Part shown: positions 22,380-31,231 of the stretch, in pieces | Layout of the letters: each line of letters opens with the position of its first letter | Numbering within the stretch: position 1 is the stretch's first letter | Assembly: GCA_037137395.1 (NCBI GenBank) | Contig: JBAXKK010000007.1 | Span: forward strand, 1-50,158 | Direction: 5' to 3' | Length of the DNA: 50,158 nt | Source of the DNA: Elusimicrobiota bacterium | Lineage (GTDB): Bacteria; Elusimicrobiota; Elusimicrobia; Elusimicrobiales; UBA9959 | Position numbers and translations under genes: made by a program | The notes under the pieces: generated by a model | Seen by the model: the letters and a program-made list of their open reading frames with translations, nothing else | What the model was told of the DNA's origin: nothing | The model's database searches: none

Positions 22380-22976
22380 ATGGACGCTCTTCAACTTTTT
22401 TCAGCGGTATTCACGCTCACGCTGGTTATGGATCCGCTGGGCAATATCCCGCTTTTTATGTCCGCTTTGAAAGGCGTTCCTGAAGAGCGCAGGAAAAAGA
22501 TAGTCGCCAGGGAGCTCGTTATAGCCCTTGGCATTATGGTGTTTTTCCTGCTGTTCGGTAAATATTTCCTCGGCTGGCTTTCTCTGGACGTTACGGCGAT
22601 GTCTGTGGCCGGGGGGATAGTGCTGTTTCTTATCGCCATACAAATGATATTTCCCGCGCAGCATTCCGGTTTCGGCGAAAACCCGGGCGGAGAGCCGTTC
22701 ATTGTGCCTCTTGCTATCCCGCTGGTGGCCGGACCCTCCACTCTGACCACCATTATGATATTTTCACTGAAGGACCCCGGTGCGTGGCCGACCTGGTTGG
22801 CGATGGTGGGTATTTCCTGGGTGATAAATGTGCTGATCCTGAGCATGGCCTCGAAACTTTCAAAATTTCTTGGAGCCCGTGGTCTCCTGGCCATGGAAAA
22901 GCTGATGGGTATGATACTCATCACTATTTCGGTTCAGATGATAATGGTGGGGTTAAAGAAATTTATAGTGGGGTAA
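22380..22976 (+). CDS. MarC family membrane protein
   Basis: MDPLGNIP, VAGGIVLF, VPLAIPLVAGP, KLMGMIL. Confidence 0.92.
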   Translation: MDALQLFSAVFTLTLVMDPLGNIPLFMSALKGVPEERRKKIVARELVIALGIMVFFLLFGKYFLGWLSLDVTAMSVAGGIVLFLIAIQMIFPAQHSGFGENPGGEPFIVPLAIPLVAGPSTLTTIMIFSLKDPGAWPTWLAMVGISWVINVLILSMASKLSKFLGARGLLAMEKLMGMILITISVQMIMVGLKKFIVG

Positions 22977-22998
22977 AAAGATATAGGGAGAATTTATT

Positions 22999-24687
22999 AT
23001 GGGCGAACACAAACCGGACAAAATTATTTATTCGATGGTGGGGGTTAGTAAATATTACGACAAAAAAGCCGTCCTTAAAGACGTTTATCTCTCTTATTTT
23101 TACGGGGCCAAGATAGGAGTGCTTGGGTTAAACGGTTCCGGTAAAAGCTCCTTGCTGCGCATTCTCGCCGGCAAAGATCAGGATTTTAAGGGCGAGACGG
23201 TTCTTTCCCCCGGGCATACCGTAGGAATGCTTGAGCAGGAACCAAAGCTTGACGATACCAAAACCGTGCGCCAGGTGGTGGAAGAAGGTGTCCCGGAAAC
23301 CATGGCCGCGCTTAAAGAGTACAACGAGATAAACGAAAAAATGGCCGAGCCCATGAGCGACGCCGCCATGAACGCTCTTATTGAAAGGCAGTCCAAGGTG
23401 CAGGAAAAAATAGACGCGCTGGACGCATGGGATATAGATTCCCGGCTTGAAATGGCTATGGATGCCCTCGGTTGCCCCGACGGCGACACGCTGGTCGGAG
23501 TGATCTCCGGCGGAGAAAAAAGGCGGGTCGCCCTCTGCCGGCTGCTCCTGCAAAAGCCAGATATACTGCTTCTTGACGAGCCTACCAATCATCTGGACGC
23601 GGAATCTGTGGCCTGGTTGGAACACCATTTAAAGGAATATAAAGGAACTATTATAGCCGTGACCCACGACCGCTATTTTCTGGACAATGTCGCCGGCTGG
23701 ATACTGGAGCTGGACCGCGGGCACGGCATTCCCTGGAAAGGAAATTACTCATCTTGGCTTGAGCAGAAGCAGGATCGCCTGCGTCTGGAAGAGAAGAGCG
23801 AAACTGAAAGACAGAAAACTCTGGCGCGCGAGCTGGAATGGATAAGAATGTCCCCAAAGGGACGCCGGGTTAAGTCTCAGGCCCGTATAACCGCCTATGA
23901 GAATTTATTAGGACAGAATAATGAAAAATTAGCCAAAGACCTTGAGATCTACATCCCTGCTGGCCCGCGGCTCGGCTCCGTGGTAATAGAAGCCGAGAAT
24001 ATTTCCAAAGCGTACGGCGATAAGATATTGATGGAAAACCTCAGCTTCAAGCTTCCGCCCGGAGGCATCGTGGGAGTCATAGGTCCCAACGGTGCCGGCA
24101 AAACCACGCTTTTCAAGATGATAACCGGCGCCGAGAAACCGGATTCCGGCTCTTTCAGGGTCGGAGAGACGGTAAGTATGTCCTATGTAGATCAGTCACG
24201 ATCGTCTCTGGATCCCGCCAAGAACGTCTGGGAAGCGATCTCCGGCGGGCTGGATATAGTTAAACTCGGCAAGCAGGAAGTGAACTCGCGGGCGTATGTG
24301 GCCAGGTTTAATTTTATGGGCCCGGACCAGCAAAAAAAAGTGGGAGAGCTATCCGGGGGAGAGCGGAACAGGGTGCACTTGGCCGTTATGCTTAAAGAGG
24401 GATCCAATCTTATACTTCTGGACGAACCCACCAACGATCTGGATGTTAACACCATGCGCGCGCTGGAAGAAGCTCTGGAGAATTTTGGAGGCTGTGCCGT
24501 AGTTATCAGCCACGATCGCTGGTTTCTGGACAGAATAGCCACACATATCATGGCCTTTGAAGGGGATAGCAAGGTGGTATGGTTCGAGGGAAACTTCTCG
24601 GAATACGAGGAGAACCGTCGCGCGCGCCTCGGCGCCGAAGCCGAGACTCCCCACCGCATAAAATACAGAAAACTTACTCGACAATAA
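22999..24687 (+). CDS. ettA: Energy-dependent translational throttle protein EttA (ABC-F)
   Basis: YGAKIGVLGLNGSGKS, two ABC domains, RELEWIRMSPKGR linker, C-terminal PHRIKYRKL. Confidence 0.95.
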   Translation: MGEHKPDKIIYSMVGVSKYYDKKAVLKDVYLSYFYGAKIGVLGLNGSGKSSLLRILAGKDQDFKGETVLSPGHTVGMLEQEPKLDDTKTVRQVVEEGVPETMAALKEYNEINEKMAEPMSDAAMNALIERQSKVQEKIDALDAWDIDSRLEMAMDALGCPDGDTLVGVISGGEKRRVALCRLLLQKPDILLLDEPTNHLDAESVAWLEHHLKEYKGTIIAVTHDRYFLDNVAGWILELDRGHGIPWKGNYSSWLEQKQDRLRLEEKSETERQKTLARELEWIRMSPKGRRVKSQARITAYENLLGQNNEKLAKDLEIYIPAGPRLGSVVIEAENISKAYGDKILMENLSFKLPPGGIVGVIGPNGAGKTTLFKMITGAEKPDSGSFRVGETVSMSYVDQSRSSLDPAKNVWEAISGGLDIVKLGKQEVNSRAYVARFNFMGPDQQKKVGELSGGERNRVHLAVMLKEGSNLILLDEPTNDLDVNTMRALEEALENFGGCAVVISHDRWFLDRIATHIMAFEGDSKVVWFEGNFSEYEENRRARLGAEAETPHRIKYRKLTRQ

Positions 24688-24729
24688 AAATAGGAGGAGT
24701 CGGCGTGTTTTCTGTGCGCCCGGATTAAT

Positions 24730-24765
24730 AAAAGGGCGTCCGATTAACCGGACGCCCTCTTTTTT
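24730..24765. terminator. Intrinsic terminator after ettA (probably bidirectional)
   Basis: AGGGCGTCCG-loop-CGGACGCCCT followed by T-run. Confidence 0.8.
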
Positions 24766-24777
24766 AAGGAAATGTAA

Positions 24778-25188
24778 TTATTTGTCGTCCAAGCCGGCTT
24801 TAAGGATCTCCACGGCGCGGTCGGCGTCGGAGACATTGATGAGGATGCGGGCGGTGTTGCCGCCCAACGCCGTCCCGTAAACCGTAGTTATATTAATGCT
24901 GTTCCCCGCCAGTAGTTTGGCCAGGTTAAGAAGTTCTCCGGGCTTGTCGGTCAACTCAATGGAAATCATGGGGGTTTCAACGGTTGTGAAACCGGCGCTA
25001 GTGAGGATATAACTTATCTTCTTTTCCGTGTCCACGGTAACACGCACGACGCCGGAATCGTCTCGAATCTCTGAGGCAATACCTATAATATTTATTCCCT
25101 CGTTAACAAAAAGCTCTATAAATCTGCTGAGCGCTCCGGGGACATTGGGAAGAAACACAGTGTACTGACTGACAATTTTAACCGACAT
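24778..25188 (-). CDS. Tandem ACT-domain protein
   Basis: VFLPNVPGAL...GINI and LTDKPGEL...INI repeats; GGAG RBS before ATG 25188. Confidence 0.85.
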   Translation of the reverse strand: MSVKIVSQYTVFLPNVPGALSRFIELFVNEGINIIGIASEIRDDSGVVRVTVDTEKKISYILTSAGFTTVETPMISIELTDKPGELLNLAKLLAGNSINITTVYGTALGGNTARILINVSDADRAVEILKAGLDDK

Positions 25189-25315
25189 AGGAATCTCCAT
25201 CCCACGCTAAAAGCTATAACTAATGTAATAAACTTTACCCGAAGGTAGCAACAGGGAACTATTGATATTATATAATTGGTTTGGGTGTGACAGCGGTCCC
25301 GGCGCAAAAAACACA

Positions 25316-25849
25316 ATGGAAAACAAAAAATCGGCTCTGGTAAGTGTGGTCGCGTGGGCCTTTATAATATTCGGGGGTTGGCACGTCGCCCGCGCGGCGT
25401 ACGATAACTTCACCCTGGCGGCAATGTTCTCTTCACCAGGGTTCATGCTGGGGTTGGCTGGCGCGACTATACCGGTGGAAACACCGCCGCTGGCTCGCTT
25501 TGCTGTGGCGCATATAAGGATGGTATTCGTGTTTTATTTATTCGCCTCTCTTACAGTGTTGATCGCTGGGGTGGGATTGTCATTTCGGAAAGCCTGGGCG
25601 TTGAATTCTTCTAAATGGTTTTTTTACATCAGTGCAGCATGCTGTCTGCTCATTTTTCTTTTTCCGGGACTGCTTATTCCTAAACCCTACATATACGCCG
25701 GAGTTTCGCTGGCTCCGGAGTTTAACTCCGCCGTGGAGCATATGAGGTTTCAGCTGCGCCTGTTCTCGGTGGTTCCAGGCGCAGCCGGCCTGTGGCTCGC
25801 CAGGCGTTTAGAGAATGATGAAATAAGGCGGGAGTTCGGACTTAAATAA
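25316..25849 (+). CDS. Hypothetical membrane protein (~4 TM)
   Basis: Four hydrophobic segments; 17 bp upstream of the next gene, same strand. Confidence 0.7.
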   Translation: MENKKSALVSVVAWAFIIFGGWHVARAAYDNFTLAAMFSSPGFMLGLAGATIPVETPPLARFAVAHIRMVFVFYLFASLTVLIAGVGLSFRKAWALNSSKWFFYISAACCLLIFLFPGLLIPKPYIYAGVSLAPEFNSAVEHMRFQLRLFSVVPGAAGLWLARRLENDEIRREFGLK

Positions 25850-25866
25850 TATTATTAGAGATCATC

Positions 25867-27531
25867 ATGAAAAACATGAGAAAACGTATTTTTCGCGCCG
25901 CAATGACAATACTGGTATTTCTACCCGCCGCCGGATACGGCGCCGGATTTAAGATGGACTGGGTGGAGAACGAAGTTGCCGTGGATCGGGACGGAAAAGC
26001 CCAGATATCCTACGCGGTCAGGTGGACGGTTTCAGGCGGGCCGCTGCACGGGTTTTATTTTGAAGGGTTCCAGGAAACGCCGGTTTTTGACATGGATGAA
26101 GCCTACGCGCTGGACGCGGACGGTAAAAAATACGCGCTTGAAATAGTTAAAGTTTCCGACAAGAAATATGACATTGTTCTGGCTGACGGAGCCGCTTTTA
26201 ATAACGGACAAATAACCTATTTTTTCCGTTATGCCGCGGATCTGGAGGGGGCCGGTAATCTGACTCAGACCATGGCGGGTGATAAACGCCTGGTCGTATT
26301 CAACTGGTCGCCGGTGCAGTGGCAGGACAGGATGAGTCACCAAGCTGTGACGGTGCGTTTCCCCGTCATCGTCCCCGGCGAAAACGCCGACGACGCCTTC
26401 CTTGCAGAGGCCGGGTTCCTGACCGAAAAGTTCATAAATGAGCGCTATAGTATAGATTATCCGTTAGTAAAAAACGAGGATGGTGAAAATGTTTTCAGCG
26501 CCCGCTTCTTCCGGCGGAACCTCGGCAGCCGGTACCATTTCCAGATACAGACTTATCTGGACGCGCGGTATTTCAGTCTGAAGACCATGGCATACGGGGG
26601 GCTCTTAAAGGGCCCGCCGCAAAAGACCAAATATCTGCCGGCGGAGGAAGAATACTATTTAAACCGCTATTCTCCGGGAACAATGCTGGCCGGTCTGCCT
26701 ATCAGTCGCGGCGAGGCCGTTTTTTTAACGCTGATAATGGCGGGTGTTTTCTGCGTTCTGCCTTTTTTTATAATGACCATAAAGCATAAATCCATGCTTA
26801 GCGCGGCCGAGGGCATTTCCGCGGTCAACTGGGACGGCGCCGAGTGGACGCCGCCCAAATTGCAGGTTGGCACCTTCCGCAAGCCGGGGAAAGTGGCGAC
26901 AAGTCTGACGCCCATAGAGGCCGGGATCTTGCTGGAGATGCCGGTGGGAGAGCTTGTGTCCCTTATGGTGGCCAACATGGAACGCAAAGGGCTTATAAAG
27001 ATAAAAGCGGTAGAACCGTTATGCGTTGAGAGGCTGTCGCAGGTGACGGCAAGTAACGACCCCTATGAAACCGTCCTCCTGAACTCCGTGAAGCCGGACG
27101 GAACCCTTGACCAGGCCATGGTAAGCGAAACGATAAAAACGATCGCGGCCGGCCTTGAGCAAAAGCTCTGGGATTGCGACCTTGCGGCCACCAAAGCCTA
27201 TTACAAAAAAAATCTTGATAAATATCTGCCCGGAAAAGCGGACACGGACCGGGATTATTATTGGGGCGGTTACCGGCGCCGCTTCAACGGTTATATAAAC
27301 CCTGTCTACGCGCGGGTGGAAAGCGTAAACAAGGATCTGGGGAAGAAAATTTCGGAGCTCAGCGCTTCCTTTGAAAAGTTCAGGGATACGCAGGCCTGCT
27401 ATGAAGGAGCTTTCAGCAAGACTGTATGCCATGACGCCTGCCACGACGCCTGTCACTCGGCCTGCCATTCGGCGTGTCATTCGGCCTGCCACGGGGCGTG
27501 TCATTCCGCCTGCGTTAGCAGCGGACATTAA
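25867..27531 (+). CDS. Signal-peptide, single-TM protein (DUF2207-like ectodomain) with C-terminal (CHxA)7-C repeat; candidate radical-SAM substrate
   Basis: Signal peptide (..LVFLPAAGYGA), beta-rich ectodomain, TM VFLTLIMAGVFCVLPFFIMTI, LTPIEAGILL, ends CHDACHDACHSACHSACHSACHGACHSACVSSGH. Confidence 0.8.
   Translation: MKNMRKRIFRAAMTILVFLPAAGYGAGFKMDWVENEVAVDRDGKAQISYAVRWTVSGGPLHGFYFEGFQETPVFDMDEAYALDADGKKYALEIVKVSDKKYDIVLADGAAFNNGQITYFFRYAADLEGAGNLTQTMAGDKRLVVFNWSPVQWQDRMSHQAVTVRFPVIVPGENADDAFLAEAGFLTEKFINERYSIDYPLVKNEDGENVFSARFFRRNLGSRYHFQIQTYLDARYFSLKTMAYGGLLKGPPQKTKYLPAEEEYYLNRYSPGTMLAGLPISRGEAVFLTLIMAGVFCVLPFFIMTIKHKSMLSAAEGISAVNWDGAEWTPPKLQVGTFRKPGKVATSLTPIEAGILLEMPVGELVSLMVANMERKGLIKIKAVEPLCVERLSQVTASNDPYETVLLNSVKPDGTLDQAMVSETIKTIAAGLEQKLWDCDLAATKAYYKKNLDKYLPGKADTDRDYYWGGYRRRFNGYINPVYARVESVNKDLGKKISELSASFEKFRDTQACYEGAFSKTVCHDACHDACHSACHSACHSACHGACHSACVSSGH
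27427..27513 (+). repeat. 12-bp coding tandem repeat x7 encoding CHxA, plus final Cys
   Basis: TGY CAY NNN GCS units with synonymous variation. Confidence 0.95.
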
Positions 27532-27537
27532 AGGGGA

Positions 27538-27572
27538 AGTGATTAGTGGATAGTGGTCAGTGCATAGTGGGG
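27538..27572. repeat. Degenerate 7-bp tandem repeat
   Basis: AGTGATT AGTGGAT AGTGGTC AGTGCAT AGTGGGG. Confidence 0.65.
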
Positions 27573-27611
27573 GAGAGGATAATAATATTTTGGGATGACC
27601 GAAGATCAGAG

Positions 27612-28967
27612 ATGATGAAACCGGAGTGGGAAAAAAGAACGGAGTGGATAGACGGCTATGTCGCGCGCATAAAGCCTTATGTGCGAGTGCGCCGCGCCGA
27701 CTTGCTGCTTATAAAGATTCCTAACCAGGCCTACAAATTAAATCCGCAGGGGCTGAAGCTCCTGGAATACCTGATGGCGGGCGGGAAAACAGCGGATATT
27801 CTGGCCGCCTACGAAGATAAGGAGCGGGTGTCGCTGGACATGTACTGGTTTTTCAGGGATCTGACGGCGCTTTTAAAGGGTTGCTACAACGAGACAACGG
27901 AGCGGCTGGCTGTGGAAAAGGTCCCATTCTCTCTGCCGTATAATTTGCTGCCGGTTCTGAGCGAGATCGCAGTCACTTATCGTTGCAACCTCTCCTGCAG
28001 ATTCTGCTACGCGGCTTGCGGATGTAAGAAGGACGAGGCCCATCCGGATCTCCCCGCCGCGCGCCTTAAAGAAGCGCTGGATATAATAAGCAAAGAAGCC
28101 GGGGTCCCGTCAGTCAGCTTCACCGGCGGAGAGCCTGTCCTGCGCCCGGAGCTGCCGGAACTGGTCGCCCACGCCAAAAGCCTGGGAATGTGGGCTAACC
28201 TTATAACCAACGGCACACTGCTAACTCCGGAAAAAGTGTCGCAGCTGAAAGCCTCAGGCCTTGATTCCGCCCAGGTAAGCATAGAGGGGGGGTCGGCCGG
28301 GACACACGATTGTATTGTGCAGAGCAACGGCGCTTTTGACGCGGCTGTGAGAGGGATAAAGAATCTATTGGAAGCCGGCCTGCGGGTGCACACCAACACG
28401 ACTGTTTCGGCGCTCAATAAAGATTCTCTGCCGGAAATAGTAGAGCTTGTGAAAAGCCTTGGCCTCGGCAAATTTTCCATGAATATGCTCATGCCGGTAG
28501 GTTCAGCAGGCGCAAATCTTGAAGAGACCTTCATTTCCTATACTGAGATAGGTCCGGTGATTGAAACAGTTCAAGGCTTGGCGGAACGGGCGGGCCTGGA
28601 GTTTATGTGGTATTCGCCAACGCCGATGTGCGTTTTTAATCCCGTGACCAAAGGCCTTGGTAATAAGGGCTGCGCCGCCTGCGATGGTCTTCTGAGCCTG
28701 GCGCCGAACGGCGACATCCTGCCCTGCTCAAGCTATCCCAGGCCGATGGGAAATATACTGGAACATAAAGGAGCGTTCCGCGAGCTGTGGGAAAGCGGTC
28801 CCTTTAAATTTTTTCAGGAAAAAGGGTTCACCCATGAGATCTGCCGGAAATGTGAAGATCTCGCCGTCTGTAACGGAGGCTGTCCCCTTTACTGGGAGAA
28901 AGCCGGCTACGGCGAATTAATAAAACATAACGAGGTGAAAAATGGCGCTGTTTCCTCCGCCCGATAA
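27612..28967 (+). CDS. Radical SAM/SPASM protein with N-terminal PqqD/RRE-like domain (putative peptide/protein maturase)
   Basis: CNLSCRFC (CX3CX2C), FTGGEP, TNGTLL; SPASM Cys set CAAC..PNGDILPC..CRKCEDLAVCNGGCP; N-terminal LLIKIPNQAYKLNPQGLKLLEYL; start 27612/27615 preferred over 27546. Confidence 0.9.
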   Translation: MMKPEWEKRTEWIDGYVARIKPYVRVRRADLLLIKIPNQAYKLNPQGLKLLEYLMAGGKTADILAAYEDKERVSLDMYWFFRDLTALLKGCYNETTERLAVEKVPFSLPYNLLPVLSEIAVTYRCNLSCRFCYAACGCKKDEAHPDLPAARLKEALDIISKEAGVPSVSFTGGEPVLRPELPELVAHAKSLGMWANLITNGTLLTPEKVSQLKASGLDSAQVSIEGGSAGTHDCIVQSNGAFDAAVRGIKNLLEAGLRVHTNTTVSALNKDSLPEIVELVKSLGLGKFSMNMLMPVGSAGANLEETFISYTEIGPVIETVQGLAERAGLEFMWYSPTPMCVFNPVTKGLGNKGCAACDGLLSLAPNGDILPCSSYPRPMGNILEHKGAFRELWESGPFKFFQEKGFTHEICRKCEDLAVCNGGCPLYWEKAGYGELIKHNEVKNGAVSSAR

Positions 28968-29967
28968 AGACGGGCAGATAAAATTTATTATCGCTAAAAG
29001 TCTGCCGTACAAGCCGCGCATGGCTTTGATAGCCGGGCTTTTGTTGGCGGGCCTGGGCCTTGAGGTCGGATTTTCTTTCTGGGCCGGTCTGGCGGTCCTG
29101 CTCGCCGCGTCCCTGTTCGGCATGGTGCAGGGTTATGACGCCACGCCCCGGATCGCGGGCGCGCAAAAGTGGGAGCGGGTTACGCCGGACGAATACACGA
29201 AGATTAAATTAAAGGCCGACCAGCTTAAGCGCTGGGATGAGGATATGTTTGACATCACCAATACCACCGGAGCGCTGGTGTTCGTCGCTATTTTCATTCT
29301 CTGCGTGGGCATATACCTGGCACTGGCCGGCACATTCGGTTTCCCTGTCGGCTACTGTAATTTAGTGGGGATTAACGCGGCCGTTCTTATCGCGCCGCTC
29401 TGGTTCACCGGCGTGAAGGAGTATCTGCGTAAAGACCGGCTTATAATCAAAATAAATCTTCTTGAGGGCGTCATGAGGGCTCTGACCCCGCTTAGCGAAG
29501 TTCAGGTGTTCCCCATGCTGGCCCTTGCCGAGACCAGCGAAGGGAAGCAAGACCCCGAGGACGCCCGGCTGCTGATAAATCTGGTAGGAGCCCCGGCATC
29601 GTTCTATGGCGTCCAGGCTCAGATCTCCATAAATGGCGTGAAGGGGCAGGATTTCCCATATCTTTATTGCGTGCTTATAACTAAAGCGGGGTCCGGCCTG
29701 CTTGACGGCTATGAGCGGTTTATGGCTAAACCCAGTGAATCTTCAGGCATGATTTCTGATTTTTTTATGAGGTTTGTAAATCCCGGCCAGAAGCTGGTTT
29801 ACGAGGCGCAGAAAAACCCGGACGCCGACATCCTTGTAATTCGTCAGCTTGCCGAGAAAAACAGGGGCTACTCTACCGGGCAGAAGGAAGCGGACGCGAT
29901 AGTCTCAGCATCGCTGGAAATGGCTAAAAAGCTGATCGGCGGCAAGGGCCCCGACGCTGTTTCTTAA
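28942..29967 (+). CDS. Hypothetical membrane protein (~4 TM plus soluble C-terminal domain)
   Basis: Overlaps the rSAM 3' end by 26 nt, with a GAGG RBS; hydrophobic segment pairs. Confidence 0.75.
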   Translation: MALFPPPDKDGQIKFIIAKSLPYKPRMALIAGLLLAGLGLEVGFSFWAGLAVLLAASLFGMVQGYDATPRIAGAQKWERVTPDEYTKIKLKADQLKRWDEDMFDITNTTGALVFVAIFILCVGIYLALAGTFGFPVGYCNLVGINAAVLIAPLWFTGVKEYLRKDRLIIKINLLEGVMRALTPLSEVQVFPMLALAETSEGKQDPEDARLLINLVGAPASFYGVQAQISINGVKGQDFPYLYCVLITKAGSGLLDGYERFMAKPSESSGMISDFFMRFVNPGQKLVYEAQKNPDADILVIRQLAEKNRGYSTGQKEADAIVSASLEMAKKLIGGKGPDAVS

Positions 29968-30240
29968 CCTGAATCCTGCAACTCAGTCTGCGGGATTCCC
30001 CACGCAGTGGGCTGAGGGCCCAGCACTATGCGCGCCTGGCCCGACGGGGTGAGGCCCGGCTTTAGAACGAGGCATAATTATGCCTCGCGTCCGGACCGCA
30101 AGGCCGCAGGTGTTTCCCTGCGCAGCGAAAACACCGAGGCGGGGTCGCGCAAAACCGCTATGCGGCTTATGCGTGACTATACCTCCCAAACGGGCGCCTG
30201 CTATGCGGGCGGAAAGTTGCACCTGCAACTTTCAGGTTAG
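29964..30240. repeat. Structured MITE/REP-like element, copy 1 (TIR TAACCTGAA/TTCAGGTTA)
   Basis: Homologous to the reverse complement of 32581-32767; many hairpins; 126-bp internal insert 30052-30177. Confidence 0.8.
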
Positions 30241-30272
30241 TATAATTGTTTATCGGACTTTCGGAGGCGAGC

Positions 30273-31106
30273 ATGTGGAATTACACTGAAAAAGTTTATG
30301 AGCACTTTAAGAATCCCCGGAATGTCGGTGAAATAGAGAACCCTGATGCCGTAGGCGAGGTCGGCAGCATTATCTGCGGCGACGCTCTTAAGCTTACGCT
30401 CCGGATAGACAAGGCCGCCGATAAAATAACTGACGCCAAGTTTAAGACATTCGGCTGCGCGTCGGCCATAGCCTCTTCATCCGCTCTGACCGAAATGATA
30501 AAGGGTAAGACGCTGGCGGAAGCGTCCAAAATAACAAACCATGAAATAGCCGAATACCTCGGCGGCCTGCCCAGCGAGAAGATGCATTGTTCGGTTATGG
30601 GCATGGAGGCGCTTGAGGCGGCCATAAAAAATTACCGAGGCGGAAAGGCGGAGAAAGTTATTCTTGACTCGGGGGAACGCCTGGTGTGTAAATGCTTCAG
30701 CGTGACCGAGGGAAAGATCTTAAGAGCCATAAAGGAAGAGAGCCTTAGGACGGTTGAGGAAGTTACAAATTTCACCAAGGCCGGCGGCGGGTGCCGCCAG
30801 TGCGTGGGCGAAATAGAGAAAATACTTAAAGATTACTGGGCCCGGGCCGAACATAAAACCTTCGCCAAAATGACCGTCGTGGAGAAGGTTAAGATGGTTG
30901 AAAAAGTTCTAGCCGAAGATGTTAATCCAAAATTGAAACTGGACGGCGGGTGGATAGAACTTGTTGATCTGGACGGCGATAAAGTCAAGGTGCGGTTCCT
31001 TGGAATGTGTTCCAGCTGCCCGTCTTCTTCCGCCACGCTCAAAAATATAGTTGAAAAAGAGCTGAAGGAAAAAATAGATCAGGCGCTGATAATTGAGGCG
31101 CAGTAG
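30273..31106 (+). CDS. nifU: Fe-S cluster scaffold NifU (IscU + BFD-like + Nfu domains)
   Basis: HFKNPRNVG, CGDAL, TFGCASAIAS, KMHCS; CKC..GGGCRQC; DGGWIEL..GMCSSC; GGAGG RBS. Confidence 0.93.
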   Translation: MWNYTEKVYEHFKNPRNVGEIENPDAVGEVGSIICGDALKLTLRIDKAADKITDAKFKTFGCASAIASSSALTEMIKGKTLAEASKITNHEIAEYLGGLPSEKMHCSVMGMEALEAAIKNYRGGKAEKVILDSGERLVCKCFSVTEGKILRAIKEESLRTVEEVTNFTKAGGGCRQCVGEIEKILKDYWARAEHKTFAKMTVVEKVKMVEKVLAEDVNPKLKLDGGWIELVDLDGDKVKVRFLGMCSSCPSSSATLKNIVEKELKEKIDQALIIEAQ

Positions 31107-31231
31107 CGCCTCAATGATCGCCATAGGCTTTAGGCTATAAGCCATACGCAGGAACCGTAAAGGAATTTCCTTATATAAGGCCTACGGCTTAAAGCTTATA
31201 GCAATCGCAGTAGATTACGAGAAGGATTTTT

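Noticed and set aside
27427..27572. CRISPR array or VNTR
   Set aside because: Units are 12-bp coding and 7-bp degenerate repeats with no spacers, and there are no cas genes.
27612..28967. Assigning pqqE, ahbC/D or nirJ to the radical SAM gene
   Set aside because: No pqq or heme-biosynthesis genes are nearby, and shared SPASM motifs do not justify a gene symbol.
29983..30289. Short ORFs (81, 70 and 69 aa) as precursor peptides
   Set aside because: They lie within or largely overlap the palindromic repeat element, lack a clear RBS and show no precursor-like pattern.
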